Shown here: positions 16,574 through 32,480 of the stretch, piece after piece
Layout: the number at the start of each line of letters is the position of its first letter
Numbering within the stretch: the first letter of the stretch is position 1
NCBI GenBank assembly: GCA_964016885.1
Contig: OZ024746.1
Location: 33,046,001-33,110,000, forward strand
DNA: 64,000 nt
From: Eledone cirrhosa
Lineage: Eukaryota
Direction of reading: 5' to 3'
Made by a program: the position numbers and the translations under genes
The notes under the pieces: generated by a model
The model's database searches: none
Seen by the model: only the letters and a program-made list of their open reading frames with translations
What the model was told of the DNA's origin: nothing

Positions 16574-18153
16574 ATGTATCTTGACAGGGTGATACAGCAA
16601 ATTAAAAACTTGAGTTGTTTACCTAACCTGAGCTTGTGGAAGGGAACTGGTGAGGTTGTTGAGTGGTTTAAGCAAATTAAATATAACAATAATAATAAGT
16701 TTATTCAACTTGATATTGCTAACTATTATTCTTCCATTACCCCTAATCTACTAAATAAGGCACTAAATTACGCATTCAAACATACAGACCTAACTAGCAA
16801 TGAAATGCACATTATATTATCGGCTAGGAAAACATTGATAGAATTTAATGACCAACTATGGACCCGAGCAGATAGAGATAACAATTTTGACATTACTATG
16901 GGATCATCCGACTCAGCTCAGGTAACTGACCTTGTGGGCTTATTTTTAATCAATTCGCTGCATAGGAAAATACCTGGTACTACCGGAGGTTTATATAGAG
17001 ATGACATGCTTTTACTTATTGATAATAATAACTCTGAACTAAATAGAAAAAGAAAACAAATTACACAATTTTTTAATCACTTTAATCTAAAAGTAGAAAT
17101 TGAGAATAGCCATAGAATAGTCAACTTCCTAGTTATAACATTAAATCTCAACACTTGTCTTCACTATCCATTTCACAAGTTGAATGAAAACTTAAACTAT
17201 GTCAGCTTTAACTCTAACCACCCCAAATCTGTTAAAAATACTATAGTAAACTCTGTTCAATCACGTATCTCTAGAATCTCATCTAATAAAAAGATTTTCG
17301 ACGAAAAAGCCCATTATTACAATGAAGCGTTAGCTAGAGCAGGATATAGTGATAAAATGATGTACATAGATAATGATAAACAAATTAAACAAAATAACAA
17401 CTATTTTAATTATGGCCACAACCTTAACAACTATAATAGAAAGCATTACAATAATTCCAAAAGCCATAAAAGAAATAGAACTAGGAATATAATATGGTTT
17501 GCCCCCCTTTCTCACTAAACATTAAAACCCACATTGCTAAACTATTTTTTAAAGCTCTCGATAATCGCTTCCATAGAACACATAGGTATCACTCAATTTT
17601 CAATAGACATACTATAAAACTAACCTACTCATCCACCAAAAATTTAGCGCAAAATATTAATAGAATAAATAACAGGAACTTAAAACCTAGCGATAATAGC
17701 ATAAATAATATCCAAGTTAACAAATGTAACTGTAGAGATAGATCTAAATGTCCGTTAAATAACAACTGCTTAGTTAAAAATATAATATACAACTGTAATG
17801 TTAAAACGGACGTTAATTCTTTTAACTACGTTGGTTCTACATCGACGGAATTTAAACTTCGCTATAACAACCACAAGAATTCTTTCACAGATCCATCCAA
17901 AAAATCTTCAACATCACTATCAGGCGTACTCTGGCAACTTAGGCATGATAACGTTAGATATTCGACGACTTGGAATATAGCTTCAAGGGGGATTCCTTTT
18001 AATTCATCCTCTGAGACATGTGACCTCTGTGCGGAGGAGATATTCTTTATACTAAAATCTAAAAATTCCCTTAATCTACGGACAAATTTATTCAGTTGCT
18101 GCAGACATAGATTGAACTCAACGTTTAAATATAAATTTAAATTTAAAATGTAA
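16574..18153 (+). pseudogene. PLE RT-GIY-YIG, one frameshift near 17505
   Basis: DIANYYSSI, TMGS, GLYRDD; NIIY..YVGST; CDLC..E; CRH. Confidence 0.85.
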
Positions 18154-19104
18154 TTATGTTTGTTTTGATTTGATTTGTAATTATTTATGAAACTAGCCGA
18201 TAAATCTTTCGATTTCTTCTTTTTATTAAAACATTCTTTTTATTAAAACATTCTTCATGAATAATTAAACTACCCTAAAAGCTGATGCTCCAAATATATC
18301 GAATTAAATTTTAAACTAGATAAACTTCTATATTATATATAAGAACATATGTAGACCAAATGGGTATCCTAAACTTTTGGAATGATTTCTGCTAGACAGG
18401 ATTTGCTAAACAATTTTTGTTTTATCTGTTTCGACTCTGATGCTTATGATGATCTTGGCAATATATTGTCAATTAACTTTGAAAGGCTGATCTCTGTGTT
18501 TTATTTGTATTATTTTTTAATATTTTTTAATATTTTGTAATATTTTTTATTTTTAATATTAAATGTTTTAGTTTTCTATTTATTTATTTATTTATTTTCT
18601 TGTCTCTGATATTTTTATTTTTATTTTTATTTTTATTAATATATTGAAATCTGTTCTCTATTTCTGCTTGATCGACAATCAGGTAGAATAAAGACAAGAA
18701 TAGTATTGTTAAAATTAATATAGACTCTATATATATATGTGTATATATACACACATATATGTATACTTGAATTTTTATAGCACAATGAGAATGTTTTCGT
18801 GTGAATTGGGAGTTTGTTTATAATTATGATATAAACATATGAATTTTTAAAAACTAGACATAAGATCATTACATTTCACACATTATAGATACATGTCTCA
18901 TTCATGAATACTGGTACTTACATTATAATGCCTGTTTTATACGAACTAATATTTTCTACGGATAAAACATAGCGGTTTTAAATTCTGCATCGTTTATGTC
19001 TGGTTGTTTCATTTTCTCTTTTTCATTCTCTCTTTTTTCTCTCTATATAACGGCTATTTTTCTCTCTTAACTACATACATCTCTCTTTACATTAATACTA
19101 GAGC

Positions 19105-19139
<35 letters not shown>

Positions 19140-19444
19140 ATGTATCAACCGATACTCAACTTCCTAATTTCTCTATCTATCTCTATCTATCTCTTTCTTT
19201 TTTCCTCTCTCTATATATATTTCTCTCTGTTTCTTTACATGAAGTTCTTCTCTTTATCTATCTTTCTATATCCCTCTATTTAGTCACATGCATTTCTTCT
19301 TTTTCTTCGTTTCTCTTTCTTTCTCTCTTTATCTCTTTCTTTTTACAACTGTCCACATTTTTTACTACCAAATCAACCTCCCAAATGCAAGGTGATTGAA
19401 AGGTATGTCGTATCTATTTATTTATAAGACTGTTTATATTGTAT

Positions 19445-19505
19445 TTTGTCTGAAGATGGCATAACATATTGTTAATATGATATCCCTGAAATATATATAA
19501 CGAAA
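19445..19505 (+). ncRNA. Hammerhead ribozyme in pseudo-LTR (copies at ~15972-16032 - and 57951-58010 +)
   Basis: UUUGU-CUGAAGA-(imperfect stem II)-GAAA-UAUAUA-UA-ACGAA. Confidence 0.65.
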
Positions 19506-19544
19506 TAAATATGGTTTTATAAATATAGTTTCCATTTATTTAAT

Positions 19545-19713
<169 letters not shown>

Positions 19714-19817
19714 TACCTCCCTTAACGAATCATACTCCTTTCACCGTATTTATACCCATAGCATCTAAAATCACCAAAATCAGGGTTTGTAATTAAGTAC
19801 TTTACTTATTAATATCT

Positions 19818-19857
19818 GCCTCTGATGAGCCCCCATGTGCGAAACACGTGTAAGAGC
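19818..19857 (+). ncRNA. Minimal hammerhead ribozyme in a ~200-bp TA-flanked insertion (19714-19913)
   Basis: CUGAUGA-GC..GC-GAAA-CACGUG-UA-AGAGC. Confidence 0.65.
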
Positions 19858-19911
19858 TATATAAAGATATGTTTTAACGGCTTGTAACTCTTTCATTGAC
19901 TCATTCTTTTG

Positions 19912-20128
<217 letters not shown>

Positions 20129-20423
20129 CATTTCAAGACATTGAGCATCACGCGACTATAGTAGAAGTCTCTTCATAAAGGCATTTTAGCTGGACCCGAA
20201 ACCATGTGGATGCTAAGCGAAAATTATAATCACAAAATCAGGCTTGTATCTTTTTTCTCTTTCTGATTAAACACATCTCAAACTTGATATCTTTTTGTTA
20301 CATTCCTGTTATTGTTTTCTTTATCTTGCCTTCGGTTGCAAGAGTGCATCTCAATTGGTAAATGTGAATAGAAAATAGAAAATTTGTTTGTATACAATTA
20401 TTCAATTAACCTAGATTTTCTAT

Positions 20424-20455
<32 letters not shown>

Positions 20456-21194
20456 ACAACCCTACCAAAATCAACTCCCTCCTTCACCTCTCTCTCTCAC
20501 TCTCCCCTCTGTCTCTCTCTCTTCTCTCTCTCTCCCTCTCTTCTCTCTCTCTTCCCCGCTCTCTCCCTCTCTCTCCTCTCCTCTCTCTCTCCCTCAATAT
20601 CTAACTTTCTCTTTCTCTTTCTCCAGTGGGGAATATTCAATTTTTCTATGTTTATCTTGTGATTCAATCACTAACACCATGGCTGATTGCCAATAATTAT
20701 GTTTTCACTGAAGATCCCAAACTGAAGATGAAATGTCGTATTTATTTCTAAGCTGTCCAACAAATCAAATTATATGAGTCACCAAATAATGCGACTTTTG
20801 ACTTTATAACCACGTATGGGATCTATCTACCTTAGACTTAATGTTGCTCCCGAAAATTGGAAGGAGAATATAATCCGTTAAATCAACACCAAAACTGGAA
20901 TCGTGACTTATTTTATTCACCATGTAAGGTTGGAAGTCAAAATCGACTTTGACGGGATATATCGCAATAAGATATCGCATGTATTTATCAGATCCTCTTA
21001 AGATTCAATAAAACTACATTCGGGCTTTGAATATCTCTCTGCCTATATGGTTGTATTATCAACTCATCCAATCTATCTACCTATATATCTTACTCGTTCC
21101 TATTACCCACTCTACTACCCTAAGTATTGAGTACTTTGGTGCGTTATGGTCCACCTGGATCCTTACCACATTTCTTCCGTTCTATATATATATA

Positions 21195-21236
<42 letters not shown>

Positions 21237-21263
21237 TATATATATATATATCTATCTATCTAT

Positions 21264-21711
<448 letters not shown>

Positions 21712-21713
21712 TT

Positions 21714-24680
21714 ATGGGTTAAATAACTACCTTATTCGAGTGGCGCCGGTAAGGTATTGTCAGCCATTGAAAAGAAATATGGAGAGTCGATCTAACAGCA
21801 CTAGGGTTAGAGCCCCTAATTACACTGTTCGAGGAGAGTGGTATACAGATACTTGCGTTCCAAGAACACAGGATTCTACACGATGAGCCCGTGAGGAGTG
21901 TGATGATCGGGAGGAAGAGCCAGCTCATCACTACATCGGCAGTGAAGAACACAACAAATGCTGCAGTAGGAGGAGTGGGTTTTGTGTTCAGTGCAAAAAC
22001 CAATCTGTTGGTGAGGGAAATAATGCCTATCTCCCCGCGAGTGTTGAGGGTGACCTTCAATGGAAACCCAAGACTGACAGTCATCTCAGCCTATAGTCCA
22101 ACCGAGGGGGACAGTGATGTGAATGCGGAAGAGTTCCATGAGGAGGTGTGTAGAGCTGTCAACACCACCCAGGCACACAATATCCTGCTTGTATAGGGGG
22201 ACTTCAATGCACATCTGAGTAAGGAGGGCAGTGAAGATCCTTGCTGGTACTTCCATAACAACACCAACCGAAATGGAAGACTACTGAGAGACACCCTGCT
22301 GGAGGCGAACTTGATGGCGACCAACCTAAGGTTTAGGAAGAATCTGGGGAAGATGTGGACCTACATCTCAGATATGCACCTGTCCAAGTCCCAGATTGAT
22401 TTCATTCTGGTGAGGAAAAAGTGGCGGAATAGTGTTCTGAACACGGAACCATACAGCTATTTCAGTACACTGGGTAGTGACCACCGGCTTGTTATGAGTG
22501 AGGTCCGCGTGAGCTTAAGAAAGAGCAAGGCTCAGCCCCGGAGAACAATCTATGACTGGGGAGCTTTCAAGGAAGATGATAAGCTACAGGAGAGGTTCAC
22601 AGTGGAAGTGAGAAACAGGTTTAGTGCTCTGTGTGGAGAGTCAGAGGAGAGAGAGATTGGATGCACTGAGGAGAGTGTGACGAGGAGGTACGGGCACTCC
22701 ACCAATGCAGTGGCGGAAGCAAGTGAAACATTGGTGCCGAGGAAAAAGAACACAGGGAAGCACGTCAGCTCTGCAAACCCAAAAGTATGTGCAGCCAGAG
22801 AACACCTGAAAGCTGCCAGGGACCAATTCTATGCTGATCCTACGGAGGAGAGGATGGAGACTGTGGAGGTGATGAGGGAAGAGCTCTGTACCGCTTACAC
22901 TGAGGTCAGAGAGGAGGCACTGATATAGAAGATCAGAAGTGTGGAGAGAGCGGTTGACAGATCTGGATGTAAGGAGAGCTGGATGATCATCAACGAGATC
23001 ATAGAGAGGAAGAGAAGGTGTTCGAGTCAGATCCAGGGAACGGGGCCCGAGGATAGGAAGAGGAAATGGCTAGACCATTTTAGGACCCTACTAGGAGAGC
23101 CACCCTCCACAGCCCAGAGCACTGGGGAGATCAGGCGGCTGTTTGAGGAACTGGATGTTGAGACAGAGCCCTTCACCAGAGAGGAGCTTCAGAGAGCCAA
23201 GAAGAGGATCAAGGAGGTCAAGGCTCATGGAGAAGATGGAGTGGCATCAGAGGTGATGAAGAGGTGTGATTTTGATGATATCATCCTGGGGTTCTGTAAC
23301 GGGGCACTGGAGAAAGGAGTTGCCCCGAATCAGTGGAGGATCAGTAACATCGTCCCAGTGCCAAAGAAGGGAGATCTCTCTAACACTAACAACTACCCGG
23401 GGATCTCACTGACGTCACTTGTGGCAAAGACCCTCAACAGGATGATTCTTAACAGGATCCAGCCTGAGATGGAGAAGAAGCTCAGGGACAACCAGAACGG
23501 CTTCAGAGAGGGTAGATCAACCACCAGTCACATCCTGATGCTGAGGAGGATATTAGAGGGAGCTAGAGCAAAGTGCCTTCCTGCGGTCATGGTTTTCATT
23601 GACTTTAGGAAGGCCTTTGATTCTGTGGACCGTTACTGCCTGATGAAGATCTTACAGGCTTATGGAATCCCCAAGAGGATAGTGGACCTGATATCACTGC
23701 TCTACACCAACACCAAAGCCCAAGTCATTACACCTGATGGGATGACAGAGTTCTTTGAGATACTGGCTGGAGTGCTCCATGGAGATACATTGGCTCCCTA
23801 CCTTTTTATCATCGTAGTGGACTATTCTATGCGCCTTGCACTGGAGAAACACCAGGACTCTGGCTTTACTGTAGCACCGGCTCAGAGCAGGAGAGTTAGG
23901 GCGAAAAAGGTATCTGATTCTGAATTTGCCGACGACATAGTTTTGGTGACAAATACAGTGAAGGAGGCAGAGGATTTGATGCGGGAGGTTGAGACTGTGT
24001 CGATGAGTGTGGGGCTGAGAATGAATGAGACTAAAACAAAATATCTGGTAGAGAATGTTGAGAAGCCAGAGGGGATCACTAATGTAGGCGGGAAGCCGCT
24101 GGAATTGGTTGAGGACTTCCTGTATTTGGGAGCAAAGATTGGGAATACGGAAGATGATGTCGTTGAGAGGAAGAGCAAGGCCTGGGCGGCGTGCCACAGC
24201 TTGAGATCGGTGTGGAAGTCGGACCTTCGTAGAGACCTGAAAATCCGCCTCTTCATTGCTGTAGTGGAGTCTGTGCTGCTGTATGGGTCTGAGACTTGGA
24301 CACTGACCAAGAAACTCACTCAGATGGTGGATGGGTGCTACACGAGAATGCTGAGGATGGCTCTGAACATTAATCAGTATACACTGAGGATGAAAAACTC
24401 AGAGCTGTATGGGAGCATCCCAAAAGTCAGCTCAAAAGTGACACAGAGGAGACTGATTTGGCTGGACATGCTCACCGACATCCAGAGTTGACATTGCACT
24501 CAGTGCTCCTTTGGGAGCCCCTACATGGACACACTAGAAGAGGAAGACCAAGGTTAACGTATGTTGATGCCCTAAGGACAGACACTGGTCTGTTGGAGAT
24601 GCAGGACATGGCAGCGATAATGAGGGACAGAGACCGCTGGAGAGAACTCGTCCATGGATCTCGGGAATTTTACCCGCCTT

Positions 24681-24684
<4 letters not shown>
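21714..24684 (+). mobile_element. Near full-length RTE-clade LINE (APE endonuclease + RT), disrupted
   Basis: GVGF, YSPT, GDFNA, IDF and SDH (APE); FIDFRKAFDS, HGDTLAP, FADD (RT). Stops at 22196 and 22928, frameshift ~24457. Confidence 0.92.
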
Positions 24685-24731
<47 letters not shown>

Positions 24732-24733
<2 letters not shown>

Positions 24734-25436
24734 AATTGTTCCCACTGAAAAATAGTTTAATTAGGAATAAGTAAAAATTAGTAATAGTATTGGTTAGTAT
24801 TCAATTTTGGTTTTAAGATTTTACCGGTTGCGCATTTCTAATGCTTTTCAAAAATAATTTTGAGATAGAGCGCCCGTGATGTTTGCTCTAGTCGACATTT
24901 GGCAGAGTCAACCCGCGTATCGTTGTTCCTCGCCTCTGCCACGCTTTGTCACTCACACACGCATTGTACCTCGTATCGTCGCTTCATGTGAAAATAAATA
25001 GCTGATTGAATTTACATCTCGCCTTGCTTCGTCCTTTCAACTTGTGCTTTCGTCTGTCCATCCTCAACAGTTCTTTTAAGGGCTATATGCGACAACAGTC
25101 CTTTTAAGGGCTATCTTCAGATCTCATCAGACCGTATGCGATAACAGCCCTTCTAAGGGCTATTCTCGGATCTGATCAAAAGTAGTGACCAGACTGACTA
25201 ACCACGTCGCTACAATTAGAGAAAACATCAAGGGCGCTCTATCTTAAAATTATTTTTGAAAAGCATTACAAATGCGCAACCGGTAAAAACATAAAAACAA
25301 AACTGAATACTAACCAATACTATTACTAATTTTTACTTATTCCTAATTAAACTATTTTTCACTGGGAACAATTTGTCAGCATTTTCTTTTCCTTTTACCA
25401 ATATATCATAACTCGTGTGTTACACCTCTATTCTTT

Positions 25437-25440
<4 letters not shown>
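24732..25440 (+). mobile_element. Fold-back element with variant HHR-like motif; family also at 29913-30018 and 44040-44400
   Basis: Arms 24732-24890 and 25217-25376; right arm extends to (TA)n. Confidence 0.7.
24891..25214 (+). mobile_element. Possible LTR 3' part captured between the fold-back arms
   Basis: AATAAA at ~24994, internal ~30-bp repeats, ends ...gtcgctACA. Confidence 0.35.
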
Positions 25441-25503
<63 letters not shown>

Positions 25504-26080
25504 AGAGAGAGACACATATATATATATGAATGAATATTTCAGTGATGTAAGGACAGTACATAGCCTTTGATTTATGTTGTCAACGTTTTGGTTAAGTATG
25601 ATATAAGTTTGTTGGCTTTTATAGACATTATTTATTCCAGTAAAGTAATTTATTACGAATATGGTTGGGGAGTGAATATTAGACGAAATCTTTTTTGCAA
25701 GATCTCCGAACTGAAATGCAGTTTGGTTGTAAGTCTATTGACAGCTGAGCCGAATAGTTAAATAATTCTTTCGAATGTGTGTACGTCGTTCTTATAGCGA
25801 CGAAAGTGGAATACATGGAACTGCGTACCAGTTCACTAAAATTTATCAAATATCATTGATTTAGTGTTTGACAGTTTATTTCATATGTATTAGTAACTCT
25901 ATCTTAATGCCGTACTTATTTTGAAGTGGAATGCTCTTTTTTGCGATACTTTTTTACCAATATGATATATCTGGCAACACCCTGATAGGTCAGCTGTAGA
26001 CTAAATGTACATACATACACACACATATATACGTATAAGTATATGTATATATATATATTTACACACACACACATATATAA

Positions 26081-26114
<34 letters not shown>

Positions 26115-26117
26115 ATG

Positions 26118-26198
<81 letters not shown>

Positions 26199-26542
26199 GA
26201 AGAGATAGGAAATCAAAATTTGGAAGATCAAGGATTTCTCTACAAATCATGTTATATAGAACACAGCGAAAACATCAAAAGGAATAGTCTTTGTAGTTTT
26301 GTACTTGTATGTTACGTGTTTAGTATACAATGAAAAGAATCTTTCGTTGTGGATTATACATGTGTCATCTATATAAAATAAAAACACATTAGGTGCTTTT
26401 TGTTGAAATGGTTATCATTTTTCTTAGATGAAATGGTTTTTTGCAAAATCGCCGAATTGAAATGCAGTTTGTTTACATACACACGCACACACGCACGGAC
26501 ACGCACACACACACACACATACACACACATACACACACACAG

Positions 26543-26669
<127 letters not shown>

Positions 26670-26828
26670 ACACACGCACATACGCACACATATAAATCAG
26701 GATGGAATAAGTTTGAAACTGATTACACCACCACTCAGCAAAGTACTCGATACTTGTGTAGTAGAGTATGGTTATATTATAAAAGTCGGGACCCGACGGC
26801 TGAGCTCTTGCCATTTCAATAGCTAGTT

Positions 26829-26880
<52 letters not shown>

Positions 26881-27026
26881 CAAAGTGGGTGTGGTAAGAT
26901 ACCAGGTGGACCATAGGACCATAACGCACCAGAGTACTCAGTACTTAGGGTAGTAGATTGGGTAATATGAAAAGAGTCAGCACTCCGACGGCTGTCTCTT
27001 TTCATATATATATATATATATATATA

Positions 27027-27225
27027 CGTAGGTCCCGGGTTGAGTCGGGGATAACCACAGTAAGTAAGGTACTCAATACATGGCAGAGTAACATTTTTTT
27101 ATTTTATAGAAGGAGCTTCTACAGGACTAGTACTGTTTCATTCAGATGAAATCTTCAGGAAGCTTCCTGAAGATTTCATCTGAATGAAACAGTACTAGTC
27201 CTGTAGAAGCTCCTTCTATAAAATA
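27027..27225 (-). mobile_element. PLE terminus with a perfect 126-bp palindrome holding two back-to-back HHRs
   Basis: Palindrome 27100-27225 centred at 27162/27163. Confidence 0.8.
27161..27211 (+). ncRNA. Hammerhead ribozyme (mirror at 27114-27164 -)
   Basis: AGCUUC-CUGAAGA-U-UUCA uc UGAA-U-GAAA-CAG uacuaguc CUG-UA-GAAGCU. Confidence 0.8.
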
Positions 27226-28280
27226 TATATATATATATATATATATATTCATTAAGAAAATATTCGAATATCGGAATTTGGAAAACAGAATGTGTACAAA
27301 AGACACTCTCCGTATATATACATACACACGTATACTCACGCACAGGCCCACAAGTGCATAATATGATGTATATGTCTTTATATTGAGAAATCACTGCTTA
27401 TTAAACAAAGTCCACCTAGTTACAGTGGGTTACTTATCATTCTCGCTCTAAGAAATACAGCAAATACAGTGTGGGAAAGGGTGGACATCAGTAACAAAAG
27501 AGGTTACTGATAAGAAATTACGATGCCAATCAAAAGCACATACACATGTAACCTACATGAAAGCACTATACACATATATCCATATATACACGTGTCAAAA
27601 TGTATCTAACATTATACAAACGCTCATACATATAGATTCATACAGACTTTGTAATGGAAAGTAAGAGACAGAATGAGAGAGGCAATATTAACTAAATTTT
27701 TGCATGTCACGATCCAATTTCATCTGCACTGACCTTATTTTTCTGGTGATCGTCATTTTTGTAGTGATCATGTCCATTCTAGAATCGCTTTCAGAATATT
27801 TAAATCCGATTTGGGCATCGGCCATATTCAAGACAATAATTCTTAATGGAAATGAGAATCATGCCAGCGTTGCTAAAAACATCGTTTACATCTTCACACC
27901 TCATTCACATCACATTTGTACTTTACTCGCTTTTATAGATTCGATGGTTTCTCATTTTCTTTATATCTTCTCAACTATTTGACATTTTTTTCTTTCTCTT
28001 ATTTAATCATTCAATCTTTCGTACTTTTCGGTTTTGTCCTTTTGCAGCAATTTATAAAGAAAATTTCCCCATTATATATATATATATATATACATGTGGA
28101 AGCTTAGTAAAATCGAAGCTTTGGCTGTGGGCAAGCAAAGTCGACCTACAATATGAATGAGTTAGAAAAGCACTCAATAAGGGTAGGTCCTTAGAGTAAC
28201 AACATACGTTTAAATAGCTTGACAAATTGACATTGTGGTAGGCAACACCTAACACACGATACCAGAGCGACGAAAAAACT

Positions 28281-28367
<87 letters not shown>

Positions 28368-28369
28368 GT

Positions 28370-28616
28370 GTGACCACTTCAGAATGTGAGACGAAAGAAC
28401 TTTGACAATATATGAACAATCATCTGGTTGTGGAACCAACCAGCCAACCGGAAATTTATAAATTCCTAAATTTATAAATTTAATTTATAATAAATTGAAG
28501 TGAAAGCAACTGGTGCGTGTGTTTCTTATTGGCAACATGACCCTCCCAAAGTATAACAATATCGGTTTCAACACACGTTTTCAGATAAAGAATCTTGCTA
28601 AACAAATTCAGAAACG

Positions 28617-28620
<4 letters not shown>
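28370..28620 (+). mobile_element. PLE terminus, same family as 8328-8617
   Basis: Reverse-complement match to 8328-8503; ends cagaaacgaaat-(TA)n. Confidence 0.7.
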
Positions 28621-28670
<50 letters not shown>

Positions 28671-28943
28671 GATTAAAATGACAGGAGGCTGGACTAGTGA
28701 AATTCCTTCAAAGATTTTACTCAGTTTACTCAATAATAATTAACTCTGTTCTCGCACCACCAACAAGATTTAACATAAACGAAGATGGATGAGTTGCATT
28801 ACGTCGAATGCTTTTCCTAATATTACATCACGGTTGATTATACGGAATGACCAGTTCTATCCAGTGGTGAACCAACAAACCTAAATGAATATATATATAT
28901 ATATATACATACGGGATAACAAATTATTGTTATAGGTAGTCCA

Positions 28944-28995
<52 letters not shown>

Positions 28996-29008
28996 AAAAC
29001 AAAGACGG

Positions 29009-29049
<41 letters not shown>

Positions 29050-29197
29050 AAAACAAAGACGGTTGAACTGCTTTACGTTGAGTACTCTCTATATTATTGT
29101 ATTACGATTGACCATACGGAATAGACCAGCTCTATACAGTGGTGAACCTCAAACCTGAATATATATATATATATATATAGATAGATAGATATAGATA

Positions 29198-29594
29198 AAT
29201 CTATCAAAATATACGGTAGTGTCCAATCCGTATGAAGAACTCAATGTAATCCAAATATCATGAAAAGAGAAGATGTATTCAAATTTTTTTCGATAAAAAA
29301 AACACAGGAAAACAGAGTCAAGATAAATTAATAAAAATAATGAATAAAAACAAAGAAACAGTGCCTTATATTAAAAAATTCATCATTTTACGATCGTTTC
29401 TAGGATATATATGTGTGTGTTGGTATGTATATCATATAGATCTATGTAAAATTTTTACAAACTATGAGAGGGAATATACATACCTACACATATATGTCCT
29501 ACACACACATATATATCCTAGAAACGATCGTAAAATGATGAATTTTTTAATATAAGGAACTGTTTCTTTGTGTTTATTCATTATTTTTATTAAT
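29198..29594 (-). mobile_element. Fold-back terminus of the 60576-63262 PLE family
   Basis: 29329-29419 vs 29501-29594 inverted; 29198-29330 matches the reverse complement of 63125-63260. Confidence 0.8.
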
Positions 29595-29815
29595 ATATAT
29601 ATATATATATATGACTATTCTTCAAACTTATAATTATATATATACATATATATATGCTCTGAGGAACACCAACAGTGTGAAACAGAATCTGTCAGCTTCT
29701 CTCCCTTCCTTTGCCGAAAAATGAACGTAAGTGACATAGTCACTACTTTAAAGATAATAGCGCAAGGTCTTCAAAATGTTTTAAATTAAACATACGGTAT
29801 ATTGCCAAATATACT

Positions 29816-29916
<101 letters not shown>

Positions 29917-30506
29917 TAAACGGAATAGAAAATGCTGACAAATTGTTCACAGTGAAAAATAGTTTAATTAGGAATAAGTGAGAATTAGTAATTGTATTGG
30001 TTAGTATTCAGTTTTGGATATATATACATAGAGAGAGAGGGAGACAGAGGCCCTCGGTGATGCCAAGCTCTACCGTTTGAACCGATCAAGTCTCTTCTAA
30101 TAAGAAGTGTTCAAATACAAAAATGATCATATATTCCTTCATTATAAAGATACTCCTTGTATTTCTAACTATTTCTGCACCTTCCTCTTCTTCTCACACA
30201 ATTTTTAACTCTTCTTTCTCTTCCTTGCTTCTGTCTTATTTCTTTCTACAATTCCCCGTACTTTATTTTAGCCAAACATACTTTTTTTCTAATAATTATT
30301 CGATATATTCTATACATAACCAATGTTCATGTATGTTCGCACACGCGCAATTTATTTGTGTATATATGTATGATTGTGTATATGTGAATAAAACTATGTT
30401 TTTACCGCTAATACTAATTCTCTATATAAATTAGTCCAGCACTGCTACACGAGTGTATGGTTTGCATGCAATCTGTGTGAGTAAGAAGGTACACGTGTGT
30501 GTGTGT

Positions 30507-30598
<92 letters not shown>

Positions 30599-30769
30599 CG
30601 TGTGTGTGTGTGCGTGCGTGTGTGTCTTTATGTTTATATAGAGAGGACATATTTCTGCCAAAATAAGAAGCTTGAAATCTCGCAGTCTTCAATGAGACAT
30701 ATCAATCATTTCAGTCTATCTAATTCGGTCTTCGGTATCCGAGTCTACCTACCTACCTACCCCACCTCA

Positions 30770-30833
<64 letters not shown>

Positions 30834-30838
30834 CATAA

Positions 30839-30881
<43 letters not shown>

Positions 30882-31452
30882 CATACACACACACTCTCTC
30901 TCTCACACGCACACACATATAAATATACACCTATCTCTCAAAAGACACATTTAAGATATGTCTGTGTTCATGTCTACACTGGACAATATACAGATGGAAA
31001 TACATTTCCACATAATTACACAGACACATATGTAGGTACTCACCCGCTGGTAAACAGACAGATACTTGATAGAAATAAGTATAAGAAATATATAATGCAT
31101 ATCAGCATGCTATGGCCACCTATCATACTTTTTGTAACACAATGCCTATAAATTGCTATTAGACGACTGAACGATATATCATATCTGTTTATAAAACATA
31201 ATCGTTTCAACAGGAATGCCATTTCGGGATTTTCGATCACATTTAACTACCTTTAAATAAATATATAAAGTAAACCCCCCAACAGAAATCCATTTCTAAC
31301 GGAACCTTCCAAAAATATTTACAGGCCAGTCTCCGTTTAAATGAGACCTTTCCTTCTAAAAAAACCGAAGTATCACATAGGATTATGTGGTCCTATAAAT
31401 ATTTAAAAAAAGCAGTTTGAGCTTCGCTGGAAATTATTTGTTCATAGCATAT

Positions 31453-31762
31453 CTGAGGATGAAAAACTCAGAGCTGTATGGGAGCATCCCAAAAGTCAGC
31501 TCAAAAGTGACACAGAGGAGACTGAGGTTAGCTGGACATGCTCACCGACATCCAGAGTTGACATTGCACTCAGTGCTCCTTTGGGAGCTCCTACATGGAC
31601 ACACTAGAAGAGGAAGACCAAGGTTAACGTATGTTGATGCCCTAAGGACAGACACTGGTCTGTTGGAGACGCAGGACATGGCAGCGATAATGAGGGACAG
31701 AGACCGCTGGAGAGAACTCGTCCATGGATCTCGGGAGTTTTACTCGCCTTAGATAGATAGAT
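31453..31762 (+). mobile_element. 3' fragment of the RTE LINE with (TAGA)n tail
   Basis: Near-identical to 24384-24682 and lacks that copy's frameshift. Confidence 0.9.
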
Positions 31763-32074
31763 ATCTGCCACATCGGGTCCAATTTGACGGTACACAAGAT
31801 CGGATAAGTATATTTTAACACAATATCGCACCTGCCCATATCTAAACATTAATCATCGCACTTACGGGCTTATTTACATCCTCTAACCCTGCTCTCTATT
31901 TACTCAAGAACTAGACATATGTAAATAGATATATCAACACCCATTTGAAGCCGTTTTTAACTAGGTTTATTTCGCTAAAAGAGCGGTGTGTCTCCATTTT
32001 CATACTTTAATAATAAATGTACAAATTTCTTTTCTCTTCCCTCATTAATATTGCTCTCCTTCTCGCTATCTTTC

Positions 32075-32293
<219 letters not shown>

Positions 32294-32306
32294 ATATATA
32301 TATGTA

Positions 32307-32373
<67 letters not shown>

Positions 32374-32390
32374 ATATATATGTATATATG

Positions 32391-32421
<31 letters not shown>

Positions 32422-32422
32422 G

Positions 32423-32480
<58 letters not shown>

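Noticed and set aside
27704-27982. 92-aa hydrophobic ORF
   Set aside because: No motif, splice or homology support visible
28838-29160. Short direct repeats separated by TA runs (CRISPR-like look)
   Set aside because: Eukaryotic context, only two copies, spacers are microsatellite, no cas genes
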